Translations under genes and position numbers: made by a program
Part shown: positions 36,201 to 47,440 of the stretch, piece after piece
Position numbering within the stretch: the stretch's first letter is position 1
Layout of the letters: each line of letters opens with the position of its first letter
Notes under the pieces: model-generated
What the model was told of the DNA's origin: nothing
Seen by the model: only the letters and a program-made list of their open reading frames with translations
The model's database searches: none
Assembly (NCBI GenBank): GCA_002633005.1
Contig: NMRA01000107.1
Span: forward strand, 103,492-167,491
Direction: 5' to 3'
DNA: 64,000 bases
Source: Phoronis australis
Lineage: Eukaryota > Animalia > Phoronida

Positions 36201-39200
36201 GGAATTTCGTCTACAGTCATTTCACTGACAATGGAATGCCAGCTTTCCAAATAGCTCATGCCAGGGCAGAAAAAGAGACTGAGGCTGAAATCAGACGTTG
36301 TGCCTAGTGTCACACTAGGTGTTTGCGTTCGGCAGGCAAGAGCTGCAAAACAACGCGGATCGGTTGAAGCTGAGTTTTTGATTATGGAGAATTGTAGCTG
36401 GCCATGGAAACATAAACAATTGCAATTAATTCAAGGCATGAGAAGATAACGTTTTATATAACCTGTTTGATGACTAACTCGTTAGTCAAGCTTCTGTTTG
36501 GACCTCTGGGTGTAGGATGTTTTCGCCAGTTCTTTTTCCCAGTCCCAAAAACGTTGTAAACAGACTTCTGTTTATATAGATGCGGTGCAAAATCAGGATG
36601 ATCCGTCTACGCTTCTCCAAGAAGGCGTTTCACTTGCGGAACTTCGTGGCAGCAAACGCAAGCGTCAGTTGTTTTCATTATCGTGCAGTTAGCACACTGA
36701 CACCATGACAAATCATTCAAACAGTTTTCGGAACTATCCATATGTTCCGTTATCTGTGCACGTTCACGGCTTCTCTCTTGTATTTCTTGATCAGTGAATT
36801 CCGGTTTGAACTGATAGCTTGTCGATCGACCTGTGAAGTCTTCGTCGAATGAGCACTCGTCTAAGTCGGGATTGCGATCAGAGTTGCCACGGTTGACGTT
36901 CATTATTGTGCACTCTCTTTCAAAATGAATTATTCTCACCCTAACCACTGCTTATTTAAAACTGAAACAAAGATGCAATAAACTGTTGACCGAGCACCTT
37001 AAACCATGAATAATACGCTTACAAGGAAGTCATGCATTTCTAAAGATATGCGGGAATTTTCACCGCTCGTCCTTCTGAGCGGCTTGTACCAGGATCAAAG
37101 AGAGCGCGGCGCCGGAATCAGGAACAGTTGTGATGACCGCATTGTCCGATGCGAGCACGACCCAATTAAATGTAATTATTCGACCATAAACTGTATTAAA
37201 CATCTCTGTCTATACACAATGGCGTACTTTCAAAATGCATTAACCACTAATTTTCGTTCAGCTGGAAAAAAACAACCAAGTATGGTTTTCGATTTTTAAA
37301 AATCGACGAACTAATAATCTAAAAACTCTCGATTGCATATCCTATGGTCAGATATTTAGATATTCATATACATTATTCGAATCATTCTTACTGTGCAACT
37401 TTTGCCCTGACGGTTTTGTTGTGGAAGGGTAACCCGACTTCGCGGCCCCCGACGAGCTAGTAAGTAGATTTGCAGTTTTGCGTTTAATTCACCAAAATAA
37501 TCACGTGCACATTATTTCTTTGGCTCACTAGTATAGTCTTTTCGTGACTGTAAGTTTAGTTTCTAGCTTTGGCTGGTTTATGTTCGTGATGTCTTCAGGC
37601 CGGCCGCGACGGGCCTGGTCGGGTTCCGAGCCACTGGCCGGGATAACAAGCGTTTTTGTGTGTTAAGAACTGAAAAAATCGCAAGTCTAAAATTACAACA
37701 CAAAGCCATGTTCTCCTGTCTGTATTTCACGAACGAATAATTCGAATTTATCACCGAACAGGGCCCAAAACTCCCGCGACCTACCTTGGTAAAGTGGCCT
37801 ACTGAACTTTGTAGGTTACGGTACATTCCAATACCTATAAATTCGTAATAGCGAAATAAAACAACACATTTGTTCAATAACTCGATGTATTTGTAAGGGT
37901 TTTACGTCGAATTTTGTTAATTTATTGGTGTAAATCGATGAATTCAACGGAAAAGCTGACACCAGTAAACTTTTGTGAACTGCTGAACAGACTGCGTTCG
38001 AACCTCTGACGTCATTGGTTAATTTCAACAGCTCCGTCTGCCGTCATGTGTCAGGTAAAAGAACCGTACTTGCTGTTATCGAGTGGAACTACTCGATCTA
38101 AATTGATACAAAGTAGGTTGTTTTTTGGGTGGCATTCTCCTTTAACACAACAGCAGTTATTATGAATATTTTACCACAGCAGGGCTCATTATGAACAGTT
38201 ATTGTCTACGAGGAATGGTTGACCGCTGGTGAGTTTGAAATTTCGTACTTTGTCCAAACAATAGAACAGTTGCCGTTGTTTTTTTGTGTTTCTCTTGCTT
38301 TGCAACGCAGGGATTCTTCACGACATCGTGGAACCAGTTTCCTGTGATCGTGTACAGAAACTCTTTTAACTTCAGGGTGGAATGTACGTGTTCCAAATAT
38401 TCGACTGGTATTGCGCCGCATTCTCCATCATGGTGATCGCCTTCCTCGAATGTGTTGTCCTGGCCTGGGTCTACGGCGCCACCCGCTTGAGACTAGAGAT
38501 TGGCATTATGGTGGGCCGTGTGCCGTCTTTTATTTGGGAAGTGCTGTGGAGGGTAGTGACGCCGCTCATTATGCTGGTGAGTGCCAAGACATGACCATTC
38601 CACATATACGACTGGGATTTAGAGGGGAGTAAAACTCACCCAGATTCCATTTAGCAATTTGGGGGTTCAAATGTCTGACGGGCAAAATCCTGGCTAATAC
38701 TCTGCTATGGCAGCCCCCCCAAACGAAAAATCATGGATGCGCCCCTGGAATCAGCCATGAAGTGCCCCAGAATTGTACTAGGAATGTGTGGTTTAACGGT
38801 TAAAATTGTAAATCCGTATGTTAGGCCTTCAATGAGTTGGCGCGACGTAGCCGGTAATGCCTCAATAGTAGTAATCGGTCCTTCTGCCACTTATGACTAA
38901 CACAGGTAGGCTTTGTGGAAATGGTTTATTAATCTGTGGCCCTTGGCAATCTGAAATGATATTATCTCTGAACTTGTCTTAACATTTTCAGGCTGTGCTC
39001 ATCTTTAACCTCCACGGTTACGGCGTTCCCAGTTACGGGAACTACAAGTACCCCAAACACGTCATCGCCATTGGATGGCTTTTAGCCTCCTGCTCCATAG
39101 TACCTACTCCCATTTATATGGTTTATAAAATGTTGATGACAGACGGGTCGTTTGTAGAGGTGAGGGATCGGACAGTCACCCTTGAATCCACTCGTTGTAA

Positions 39201-39620
39201 ACACCAACGAAGTTGTAAGCACATGTGAAGTTGTAAACACTGGTAAAGTTGTAAACTCGAGTAAAGTTGTATACTCCAGTCTGTCTGTGGTTACAAAGTG
39301 GAGAAGAAAATGGCGCATCTGTATAGCTGGATTTCGACCCAACTTTCCATCCCCTTGCGTTATATGGGTAAACAAATTGGTAGTATTATTACGAGGTATG
39401 ACTGTACCATTTAAATTGGATTTCCATTTTACGACGCGTTTTCTCATTTCAGAGACTCAAGAAGTGTTTGCGCCCCACCGATACCTGGGGACCGTATTTA
39501 GACAAGTATCGCAAGTATTACGAGGCTCGAACTGGACCGACCAGAGACATTGCATTTTATAAAGAACATGATGACTCCGACAAAGAAATGATAAGCTATA
39601 GCAACAGCGAAGACATTTAA
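21239..39620 (+). CDS. SLC6 sodium- and chloride-dependent amino-acid transporter (glycine transporter GlyT1/GlyT2-like or proline-transporter-like); 13 coding exons, ~651 aa
   Basis: Exons join in frame across GT-AG introns (sum 1956 nt); motifs [87 protein letters not shown]. Confidence 0.95.
23460..23652 (+). CDS. SLC6 exon (N-terminus and TM1)
   Basis: TTGCAG acceptor; ...[17 protein letters not shown]; G|GTATGT donor. Confidence 0.9.
26331..26888. mobile_element. Kolobok-type MITE in SLC6 intron
   Basis: TTAA flanks; TIRs AGTGGCATAGAACGCGAA / TTCGTGTTCCATGCTTCT. Confidence 0.65.
27017..27148 (+). CDS. SLC6 exon (TM2)
   Basis: [30 protein letters not shown]...PLFKG; canonical splice sites. 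Confidence 0.93.
27737..28058 (+). CDS. SLC6 exon (TM3 and EL2)
   Basis: GLGYGMLVV...YYNMIIAW...LPWLHC...TPAEEYW; CA|GTAAGT donor. Confidence 0.93.
28687..28914. mobile_element. Possible small Kolobok-type MITE
   Basis: TTAA-AGGAACAC ... GTGCCCCT-TTAA; TIRs are short and imperfect. Confidence 0.4.
28955..29143. repeat. Foldback element with internal AGTCCGAAGG repeats
   Basis: AGTCCGAAGGT repeats on the left, CCTTCGGACT/TCGGACT repeats on the right. Confidence 0.65.
29496..29628 (+). CDS. SLC6 exon (TM4)
   Basis: [44 protein letters not shown]. Confidence 0.93.
30279..30672. mobile_element. Foldback MITE with ~20-bp subterminal tandem repeats
   Basis: TIRs CAGGTATACCATAGAATCACACGTGCGAGCATTGC / GCAATGCTCTTGCGTATGATTATATAGTACCCCTG; AAAATCATACATACGAAC units mirrored on both arms. 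Confidence 0.8.
31674..31808 (+). CDS. SLC6 exon (TM5)
   Basis: [38 protein letters not shown]. Confidence 0.93.
32033..32344. repeat. Degenerate inverted-repeat element in SLC6 intron
   Basis: AGGTGAGTACAGG / CCTGTACTCACCT inner IR; AAAGAAATACATTATAAA / TTTATAATGAATTTCTTT outer IR. Confidence 0.55.
32626..32729 (+). CDS. SLC6 exon (TM6); absent from ORF track
   Basis: Translated by hand: [35 protein letters not shown]. Confidence 0.93.
33164..33288 (+). CDS. SLC6 exon (TM7)
   Basis: [28 protein letters not shown]...VVTQG. Confidence 0.93.
33853..33965 (+). CDS. SLC6 exon (EL4 and TM8)
   Basis: [38 protein letters not shown]. Confidence 0.93.
34305..34358. mobile_element. Ultra-short MITE (54 bp) with 9-bp TSD
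   Basis: Same element as 5381-5441; TSD CTTGATACT at 34296-34304 and 34359-34367. Confidence 0.75.
34519..34644. repeat. Two adjacent mini hairpin elements (ATAGGCGGCG / ATGGGCGGCG termini)
   Basis: 34519-34570 and 34574-34644 each have self-complementary ends and share GGCGGCGCAGCAYTGAAAAA. Confidence 0.6.
35170..35301 (+). CDS. SLC6 exon (TM8 end and TM9); absent from ORF track
   Basis: Translated by hand: [44 protein letters not shown]. Confidence 0.92.
36018..36320 (+). pseudogene. THAP DNA-binding domain remnant (N-terminus of Kolobok transposase)
   Basis: [11 protein letters not shown].../[10 protein letters not shown]...[10 protein letters not shown]...LRVCGRNF.../[10 protein letters not shown] (C2CH and AVP-box pattern) with frameshifts and a stop. 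Confidence 0.8.
36607..36903 (-). pseudogene. KolX-like / P2X7 cytoplasmic ballast-like Cys-rich protein, 5' fragment
   Basis: SYQFKPEF...[25 protein letters not shown] matches the YxFEP...WCxCxNC..M....ECxCCxE pattern. Confidence 0.75.
38376..38576 (+). CDS. SLC6 exon (TM10-TM11)
   Basis: [17 protein letters not shown]...WVYG...[10 protein letters not shown]. Confidence 0.93.
38992..39159 (+). CDS. SLC6 exon (TM12)
   Basis: AVLIFNL...[32 protein letters not shown]. Confidence 0.93.
39194..39276 (+). repeat. 18-bp minisatellite, ~4.6 copies
   Basis: GTTGTAAACACCAACGAA / GTTGTAAGCACATGTGAA / GTTGTAAACACTGGTAAA / GTTGTAAACTCGAGTAAA. Confidence 0.8.
39453..39620 (+). CDS. SLC6 last coding exon
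   Basis: [20 protein letters not shown]...SNSEDI*; the P...WGP C-terminal motif is typical of the GlyT/PROT clade. Confidence 0.9.
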   Translation, partial: RLKKCLRPTDTWGPYLDKYRKYYEARTGPTRDIAFYKEHDDSDKEMISYSNSEDI

Positions 39621-39836
39621 GGGGTGACAAACATGCTCGTTCTTATGTTAGTATCGTGCCATATTGATCACGTTTCATGCAGTAGTCGTGCGATCAGTGG
39701 AGAGCTTTCTCGACTGGTTTAGCTACATGAGTCTACAAAGACGATACGACGTCATAGAACGTATCAGTAGTACTTTGGTCTAGTATCCAGGGTTGCGTTG
39801 CATAAGGGTAGTTTTATGAGAGTTTGGCTAGATTAA

Positions 39837-40191
39837 GAGGATACTATACCCCGTTTTGATGATTTCAACCAATCATCGTTCTCATGCTAATGCATCAATG
39901 ACGTCAATCTTGAGCGATGAAAGCAAGAATATACTAAAAACTTATAGTCCTTGTGTCACTGTTGAATATTATGCTTCTTGGTGAGTGTTCCTTTCGCCAC
40001 AGTTACCGTGTAATTCGCTAAAAGCGTAGGTCACACTTCCCCGTTTAGCAGACTTTGAAAGGAGATTTCAAATTTTCCTCCAAACTTTTCATGTTTGTTG
40101 GGGATTACAGAGCATTATTTTGTATCAGACAATTGGATGGAAAAGTCGTTTTTAATATCCGTTCGTCGGCCAAAACCCGGTGAGGTACCCT
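39837..40191 (+). mobile_element. Kolobok-type MITE, copy A (putative SLC6 3' UTR)
   Basis: TTAA flanks; TIRs GAGGATACTATACCCCGTTTTG / CAAAACCCGGTGAGGTACCCT; colinear with 44825-45189. Confidence 0.75.
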
Positions 40192-41044
40192 TTAAGGAAA
40201 ACCGATAGACTAAATAGCGAGTCACTAGTTGCGAAGTAAGCTAGCAAGTGGCCACCACTAGAGGGATGGAATGACAAGTCTGGAATGCTGAATTAGGAAA
40301 GCAGCCTCACTGTTTCCGTTTCATGAGTCATCATTTCTTGGACGAAGTATCTTGCTAGTTACTAGCTCCCGGCCCTGAGAAGCAAAGTACAGCGGTTGTT
40401 TAAAGAGAAATTCCTGTAGTATTTATACCTTCAGAATCGCGTTCATGAAGTTGACTTGGCGGAGGCGGTATTGTTGTACATGAAATGAAATGGCAGTTTT
40501 ATACGTTTATGGAATAACGTCCGCACTAATTATGAAGACAATGCTGATGGTTTGGAGTTAGAGAAAACAATTGTGAAGTTGAATAAACATGCAGCCGGTC
40601 CATTACAGTTCGTTCGGTGTCTGTAGCGACTCCGCGATACCCCATTCCAGCAGCTGACATTTCGTCAACGTGCTCAAAGACCACCACGTACGGGTACTAA
40701 GCGTTTTATATGTCCCAGTGCACATACAGACACACGCACACACCGTGACACACACGCACACGCGTACACACACNACACACAGACACGTACACTCGCTTAG
40801 CTACACAAATACACGAGTAGATTTTCGAAAGTTACGTTAACACACCTGTAAGTAGAGGATAAACTTTCATTTTTAATTGCAGAACAAACACTCACAAATC
40901 AAATTGTCTCTTATTTTATTTCCGTAAATTACTCCCACACGATTTTAACACCCAAAATGTATTTTTGAAAAATTATAACATACAGTAGCTTGATACGTTG
41001 TTGAAAGTGGCTTTATGACTAGAACTGAAGATATCGAAGGCCAG

Positions 41045-41445
41045 GGCCCGGTCTCTAATCTTTGTACTCGAAACGAACTCGAAACTATTTTTGGCAATTT
41101 CTCTGCTCCTTTTGAGCGAACTTAAGATAATTGGTTATCAGACTGTGCTCGAACACATTATAGTTTATGCATAGGAGTTTCTAGTTCAAGTTTGCCCTTG
41201 AAGACCCTTATATTCGTGCTACAAACTCGAGTAAAAATTCGAAATTTCGAGTTCAAACTCGAACTTATTGCCTTAATTTTGGGTTTACAAACTTTGAACT
41301 AAGGACAATAAATTATCTACGTAAGTTATTGTGTACTCGAGCATAGAATAATAGACACTTATATTGATTTCGCCCTAAAGTAGAGTAGAAAATGCCAAAC
41401 CTAATTTCGAGTTCCATTTCGAGTAAAAAGATTGGAGACCGGGCC
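41045..41445. mobile_element. PIF/Harbinger-type MITE
   Basis: TIRs GGCCCGGTCTCTAATCTTTGTACTCGAAA / TTTCGAGTAAAAAGATTGGAGACCGGGCC; 3-bp TSD CAG. Confidence 0.8.
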
Positions 41446-41751
41446 CAGCCTATTCCCGGCATCCAGCCAGGCCCACGGGTCGGTGCGTGTAATTAAAGAA
41501 TGACCAATGTAGTTGACGGATTTGTTGACTAATTTTGCTGGGAAATCGCTTGGTGTTTGAACCGTAGCTCGCTTCATCATTATGAAGAAAAATGACAAAA
41601 TGAAAATGAAGCAAAGAAACTTGGAGATCAAAACACAGTCAAGCAGACAACCGGAAATTCACAATGCAAACTCTCGCGGCCAGTTCCGTGAAATCTCGGA
41701 GTCGCAAGCTCTAATAATAGAATACATGGGTCACGTTCGAGAGCAGGCGTT

Positions 41752-41915
41752 CCAGGGTAGAGTTCAGTAGCTGTCTCGCAGCTAGTCAAATCTAGTCAAA
41801 ATCAAGTGTTCTAATTTAAAATACAAAGCAAAATCTCACGTATTCTCGAGAAGTCTTGCTTTTTAACGAGGTCCTAACGAAGCGTAGACGCTAGCGTTGC
41901 TGAACTCTACCCTGG
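41752..41915. mobile_element. Short MITE
   Basis: Perfect 16-bp TIRs CCAGGGTAGAGTTCAG / CTGAACTCTACCCTGG. Confidence 0.75.
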
Positions 41916-44824
41916 TCTGCAATTCCATGACACCATAGACTCAAAACTCAGAGATATGTAGGAAGAATCTGGTACAGAATTGTATTATTCTCCGCACGGA
42001 TGGAATGACATCGCTATACACCCTTGCCTTTGGCAGAGGATACGACTGACAAATGCGTGACTTGCTAGAACTTTTATTACCAAGAGAACAAAGAAACCAT
42101 GAATCAGAATTGGGCTACAACTAATAGTTTAGGTTCATTCAAAAGGATAGGTCATAACGAAATTACAACAATGGTGAAAATACTGAAACTAACATCACCC
42201 AAGAGATTCAACAAAAGTGAAACACGATGGGCCACGAAACAACCTGCTTGCAGCGGCGTTTTTACTACAACCAATCTCTAGGGGTCGTAAGAAGTGAAGT
42301 TCAGTGTTAATCAACAGTTGCAACCGTGTGATGGTGCACCACCAGAATTAATAATTATTACTATTTTTCATTAAATTTTAATTGTTTAAAAGAAATTTGA
42401 TGCCATGCAGCAGGACATCGAGAGCGCCATTCATCCTAATTATACATGTAGTACAATAAAAACGATAGAAGTGTTCATTGCTCATTCTATGACTTTAATT
42501 ATTACGTTTTCTGAGTAGAAAATTTACTGACACTATGAATGGAAGCAAAGACAGACTACACGTGAGACCTACTAAGTATCTCTCGATGAAAAATACAACC
42601 TAAACTTCTAAAGGTCTACAGGAGATCTATGAAATCTACCAAGAGACTAAAGAGAAAACAATATACACCATAGTTATCGGAAGATATTCAGAACATACAG
42701 CTTAGTTAAGAATGTTGGACCTCATCGACATGTGTGTGTATTCAGATAAATGTTAACAAAATTATACATTTTAACTCAGTAAAAGTATATAGAATTTGAT
42801 TTTTAACTTTATACCAGTCTCAATATTTGCGTCAGTGTCCACGGCTTTTCACTCAAACCTAACAAAAAGAAAATGTACATTCATAGCTAAACATGGCCAA
42901 ACTTCGTTCATAAATATGTTCAAAGGGAAACTTTAAAATGCTGTAGCAGTTTTCTAAATTATCATTTCGTTTTCATTTTGAGCAACTTTTGATTTTCCCC
43001 CAAAATGGAACATTTCAGAAACAATGCTTAAAAGCGTTTGAGAGAGTGGTGCACAAAGCATAGTATCTTACTGGTTCATATACCTCCAATCAACCATTTC
43101 TGAGACACGATGTTTCGAATGTAGCTTGGACGTGTTTTAGGTCCTCCATAACCATAAATACAGAGAAAAGACCAAGGCAAAAAGATACAATACAAGATGA
43201 CAAGACAAACATGAGAATGTGTCTACAATCATCAAAATTTAATTTCTGGAAAAAGAAAAAAAGAAAACCACCACTAGGAGAAAACCATAATATGAGAAAT
43301 TAGGAAGATTCTTGGTTTTGGGAAAAAAATTACATATCTTGTCAAGGCAATCATAGAAGAAACGTTGATTAAGAGAAGTTGGAATATTCCTACTTTTTGG
43401 GAGAAAAGTAAATTGCATATGGTATATTCTGAAAAGTAAATGACAAGAGGAACATATTTAAAACACAAGGTACTAAATGAACTGGAGCTGATGACGCAGC
43501 GTGAACAAGACTAATACTATTGTGACTTAATCTGCTCAAGTGGTGATGTCACCTCAAGAAGGGTTTGAAAAGGGAGTGCTGCCTTCTGCACGTGCACTAG
43601 CATGCTACTGAGTTGTAACCAGGAACAGAAGTCTACAGCAAAGAGTGGTCAATTGTATTGAGCAGGGGCAAATAAGTTAATAGCTTCAGTTTGAAAATCA
43701 TCAGGCTGGATTTGAACTTAGACCTGAATGACTCACAGACATTCTAATTTTAAAGTGAAACTCTGATCTCAATCAGTGACCATTTCATCCAAATGGTGTA
43801 TAAAACTTCGTAATTTTGTACAAAAATAATTGCTAGAATAGCAAATTTTTAATAGACTGACTTATTGCTATAAATGTGTGCAAAATTCTACACTTTATTG
43901 CTAGCTGACAGTTATACAGAGAAACTTACTTGGTGTAAACTATCATGCGAAATTGTCTTAATATCTGTTTTTGAAAAATAAACAAAACACTAATATAAAG
44001 AGCTTAACTGAAGAAAGTTTACACATAAATATCATGGCAAAAAACATCATAAATACAAACATGTAAAAATACAAAATCATACCATTTAACTTAGTGTTGT
44101 TTTCTGTACTAATACCTAAACAAGTTAAGATGAAAACGTGACTTGATTTTTTCTAATCACACTAAAACATACCCGTAAACCTCAATGAACAAGCCAACTG
44201 TTCTAGTTACAAAAAGGCTTTTTAATTAACAATAATCAAAAATCATGACCAATAAGTTAAGAACGTAAAACCAATATCTGGACAGACAGAGCTGATAAAG
44301 CTATAACACATTAACTCTGTGAAACACAATAACAATAGGTTTATGATGAACTAGAAATCTTGAGACCAGGGCTGAACCACCCTGTGACCCATAGCATAAA
44401 ACAGTCTCAAATAGGAACTCAACTGAGTTCCCTTAATCTTCTGGGTATCTGTGTCCTTGTTTATCAAAAATGATTTTCTGTTGTTTAATATTTAATATGA
44501 TCTCCCCTTTGATTCAATACCACTTTCTAATAACTCATCTAAACATTGGGTGAAAATGAAGAGGGACTTGGTCCTTAAATTAGGGGCGTTGCATGAAAAG
44601 ATCCCCAATGATGTTCAATACTATTGAGAACTCAATGTAGATTTCACTGTCACTGTGTATCAAAGCCAAAAATACACTTAGCCAGCATAAGAAAGTAAAA
44701 TTAGGTTTCGCAATTCCACAAATGCAGCAAAAATTTAAGGATCATTGTGGAGTCCCCAGTTGGGATTGTTTCAATAGGGCACTGGAATCTTTGGAAGTAA
44801 CCATGTGTGCGACTACGTGCTTAA

Positions 44825-45189
44825 AAGGATACAAAACCCCGTTTTGGTGATTTCTTCAAACAATCCTCACTCCATCACCTTCTAATGCATCAATGCCCTA
44901 CCACTGGACTGATAAAAAGCAGGATTCAACTAAAAATTCACACTCTCTTGTGTCACAGATTGGATACCATAGTTCCTGGTAGGTGGTCTCTCCCTACAGT
45001 TGTCCTATTACTCGCCTGAAGCGTAGGTCATGCTTGCCCATTTAGCAGACTTTGTAAGATCTTTCACATTTTGCTCCGAACATTTGAGGGTCGGGGAGAG
45101 ACTAGAGCATTATTTCGTTTCAAACAACTGGATGTCAAAGTCTATCTTAATATCTGTTAATATAGGCCAAAACCGGGTTTTTCAACCTT
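44825..45189 (+). mobile_element. Kolobok-type MITE, copy B (putative TESK 3' UTR)
   Basis: TTAA flanks; TIRs AAGGATACAAAACCCCGTTTTGG / CCAAAACCGGGTTTTTCAACCTT. Confidence 0.78.
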
Positions 45190-46034
45190 TTAAGCTTAAG
45201 GTGTCTAATAACAGAGGGTCGCTCAAGTGTCAGATTTCCCATTAAAATAATTAACATACTGCTGTAATCCACTGTACAAAACATGGGCACCATTTTGCTG
45301 CAACAAGGTCTCACAAGATGGCACCCCAATCAGTGCAATGCAGAGCAAAAGGAAACCAAAACAAAGACAGTAACGGCCAAGTGAGGTTGACCAACTGAAA
45401 TGGGGGTGACAAGCACGGGTAAATGAATTCCTCCGATGAGCATACTATATCAACGACTGAAACTATGTGATTGTGAAAAGTAACTTAATGAAGTTAGCAT
45501 GAAGCAAAAACAACCAAGTCCGTTCTTCTTAAGACCAAAGACAAGCAGACGGAAGACGAGACTAACTTTATAATGGCAAGCGGCCAAAAGCTGATTTCTT
45601 GAAAGAAAGCGCGAGTCTACCTTTAATGACAATACCTTTGTAGTATTCAAATGAAACAGTTTACCAATAAAAGATTTCTTCCAATTATAGTTCACGAGAT
45701 AGCCGCGCAGCAGGACTTGATTCACAGCCACAGAGTCAATGTGGTAAAGCATATTTAAGCAAGTATTCAATATTCGCATCAACACCATCACTATTCAGTT
45801 TTTATCTAATAGTGCATTATAACCCTTAAGAATTTGTCAACACAGTTAAATGGCACTTGAGTTGGTGAACGTCATATATCACAGTCTATTATAATACAAC
45901 AGTAGCAACAATTGCATCACAGAGAAAGACCCTAAACAGCCTCAGTTAATCACTATTATAGCATTACAAGTGTCAATAATGCCAACATAACCATAACTTC
46001 CTGCATAGTGTAGTCACCAGTGCATGAATTGCTG

Positions 46035-46339
46035 GTGAAGCAGGGCTCATTTTAACCTTCCACACGGAACTAGGCAAAATTGCCTCAAGTGATTGATTTG
46101 TCAAACACAGCTCTGCTTGACAGGGAAGCAATAGATTACTAGAGAAAAGTTACTGAGTCCGTCAAGGCCATGCCTAACGCTATGAACAGAGACGACGGTC
46201 TCCGTCTTAATTCAGTATATAGCGCTACCTGGTGGGAAACTCAACATCACTGAGTGGGATGTCAGCCCCAGGACATGGAAACAACCTGAGGTAATTTTGC
46301 CTAATTTCTTGTGGGAGGTCAAAAAGAACCATGGTTCAC
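46035..46339. repeat. Inverted-repeat element just downstream of the TESK stop codon
   Basis: ~60-bp arms sharing TAGGCAAAATT(G/A)CCTCA(A/G)G. Confidence 0.7.
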
Positions 46340-46388
46340 TACACACTGTGTCCTAATGAAATTGTTTACTGAATAAACTCCAAGGGGT

Positions 46389-47440
46389 TTATATCTGCTT
46401 GACATTTTTACTCTTTTTAGTTGCTTTCTTCTCCCAAGCCTTCTCTTCATCTTTGACCTTCAACGCCAGTAACCGTGGCGACATAAGATGTAGACGATCC
46501 TGCTTTGTCCGGAAATCTTTCAGCTTTGAGTGATCTACCTTGCGCAGTTGATTGCGTTTCTCAACTAACGTATTACATATATAACGCGATTTACGATCTT
46601 CACTACTCTCAAGTCTTGTGTTCAGATATTGGTCGAAATCCATGTCACTACTACAGTAAGAAGAGCTAGTAGGGGATAATGTGTCGTCCAAAGACAGAAA
46701 AGATTCAGAGGAACTACACGATTTCATAGACTCGTCCCGTTCGATGTCATGACTGTTTAATTCAGTCTGACCAACAGGTACACAGTCCTTGTCAGTAAAA
46801 AGATTCAGCAGCGCTGGATCAAGAGTATTACTCCTTGCATAGGGACGTCTTACAGTTGCAGTGGCATTTCCGAAAGATGAATTCAAACGAAGGTCGACGG
46901 CACTGTCCACACTAGAGGTGTCATCAAGCTCCCCATCCTCAGATGTTGCCACTTTAGGAAGGGGTCTGTACCCACACGTGCACGACTGGTTGGGCAAGCC
47001 TGGATCAGACTCAAACTGTTCTATACGTCGCCGCACTGGCACTGGTGAAGGTGGAAGAGACCGAGACGGACGGTCACTCATCAGGTGGCGATAATGACTC
47101 GGAAACCAGTCATCCTCAGCAGGGGTGGACGGCGGTGCTTTCAAAACACTTGGTGAGCAGATGTCAAAGGCCCAGGAATATTCCCGAGGAGTACCAAGCA
47201 GCTTCTTGACATCCTTGAATTGACTGGAGGTGGCGAAGGGGTTGTTTGTAGCTGGAGTGTAGAAGGGGTCATTCACACTCATTTCCTTGCCTACCTCAGC
47301 TGGGGTAATGGTTGTCATGTTTTCAGTGCTGTCAGATGACAGACTGGTGCTGCCTCCATGAGGGTCCACCTGACATGACCTCAACATGCAGATCAGCTGT
47401 TGACTGTCCTCTGACCTTGACCTCTTATGCCGATGAATCG
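46389..47440 (-). CDS. TESK: TESK last exon (Ser/Pro-rich C-terminal tail)
   Basis: TTCTTGCCAG acceptor in phase 1; long ORF to TAA; contains [10 protein letters not shown]. Confidence 0.88.

Larger units (their letters stand above)
35844..38141 (+). mobile_element. Internally deleted Kolobok DNA transposon, copy 2 (in SLC6 intron)
   Basis: TTAA TSDs (35840-35843, 38142-38145); TIRs AGGGGAATGCCAC / GTGGCATTCTCCT; THAP remnant on +, Cys-rich KolX-like remnant on -. Confidence 0.88.

Noticed and set aside
36607-36948. Host P2X7 receptor gene nested in the SLC6 intron
   Set aside because: No P2X channel exons; the fragment lies within Kolobok TIRs and a homologous stub occurs in the other copy.
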